Of a stretch of 19,133 bases of DNA, positions 18,064 to 19,133 are shown one piece after another. The stretch's first letter is position 1. Every line of letters starts with the position of its first letter. The notes under the pieces were generated by a model, which searched no databases, was not told the DNA's origin, and saw only the letters and a list, made by a program, of their open reading frames with translations. Made by a program: the position numbers and the translations under genes. Origin of the DNA: Selaginella moellendorffii. Its lineage: Eukaryota; Plantae; Lycopodiophyta. The stretch covers positions 1-19,133 of the forward strand of contig NW_003314283.1 of NCBI RefSeq assembly GCF_000143415.4. The letters are read 5' to 3'.

Positions 18064-19133
18064 CTCAAGTCACTCAACTCCATGTGCTAGAAGGAAACTA
18101 AGATGCACTCCTCCACTCCTGCAACAAAGACCATGATGCCAGCATTACAACTGTCACAGTCAAAGCTGTTGACTCACTAGGGCTGTATATAGAAATGTCT
18201 GGTTGGCACCCCCTAGAGGCTATTGTCTTTGGAATTTTTAGGGTTGGAAGTTTGCAGCCTTTTGCTGTTTTAATATTGTCCTGGACACGACTTCTACCTC
18301 ACAACTACTTGAATATGATAGCTGGCTCAATGCCAAATAGGGAACAGAAAGAAAGAGAGGAAAGAAGGCTGATAACTAAATAATAATTTTTTGTGTAGCA
18401 GTATTACAAATTAAGAAGTTTTAAGAGATTAAATTAAGGTTCAAATACTTGCTCAAGCTCCTGATGCATAGGCCTCTAGACACAAGCTTTCATAGACCAT
18501 TAAATCTTTTAGCAAGAATCCTTATCAATCCCAAAGATTTAAAAATTATCATATGACATTAGGAGAAATCATTGCAAACTCAAGCCATAGGACACTCAGC
18601 CATCCCATAAAGATTGTGCAACATTGAAAAAGGTGGCTAGGGTGTTTTTTTGGTGATCATGAGTAGGATGTATGGATTAATCGAAGTTATATACTGGATC
18701 ATGATGGTGCTGCAATTGGTTTTCACACAATTTTGATGAACATCTTTCTGTGTCAGGACCTCAACTATTTGAGGTTAGTATTTAAATTGTGCAGAAAATC
18801 ACAACAATTGGATTAAGAAATATCCTAGGATGCAGCTAGATATTCTAGGTATTTTCTGTATACTGTGGTTTTCTAGAGCAAACCAAAACTTAAAATAAAA
18901 CATAGATTATAAGCTAAATATACTAATTATAGTAGTTTAGCATAAATTGGATGTCCATCCATTTTTATATATAGCTAATTCCTAATTAATCCCATATCTC
19001 AAACACTCAAAATATAAATACTAGAAAATTGAAAATAATAATAGCCCTTTAATTAAAATTAAATCTAGATCATCCAAAATGAATCTATAGAAAACAATAT
19101 GCTATGAATATAGTGTTGGTGACGGCATCTCTT

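Noticed and set aside
17829-18101. ORFs spanning the N run
   Set aside because: Artefacts of the assembly gap.

Overview
Eukaryotic, plant-type and transposon-rich window. A non-seed plant such as a lycophyte (Selaginella-like) is my inference from the 66-nt intron, the PLS-class PPR fragment and the retroelement type. The dominant feature is a full-length 5.6-kb Ty3/gypsy chromovirus (12129-17728) with 387-bp LTRs differing at 5 positions, gag, and pol (PR-RT-RH-INT-chromodomain). Its cis-signals are fungal/Tf1-sushi-like rather than seed-plant-like. It has no tRNA PBS, but a 15-nt PBS perfectly complementary to the predicted transcript 5' end (self-priming). It has a G GGA AAC -1 frameshift site followed by a predicted 11-bp/7-bp H-type pseudoknot. 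Its U3 repeats are inverted copies of the LTR's own terminus. This copy has a D->N change at the first RT catalytic aspartate and no target-site duplication. The left half holds decayed copia, L1-type and RTEX-like LINE fragments, a CA-rich cryptic repeat, a nucleotide pyrophosphatase/phosphodiesterase (NPP) pseudogene and a convergent truncated PPR gene. Most of 7700-12100 and the region right of the N gap could not be assigned. Self-priming and -1 frameshifting are known mechanisms in related elements, so I do not claim a wholly new system.
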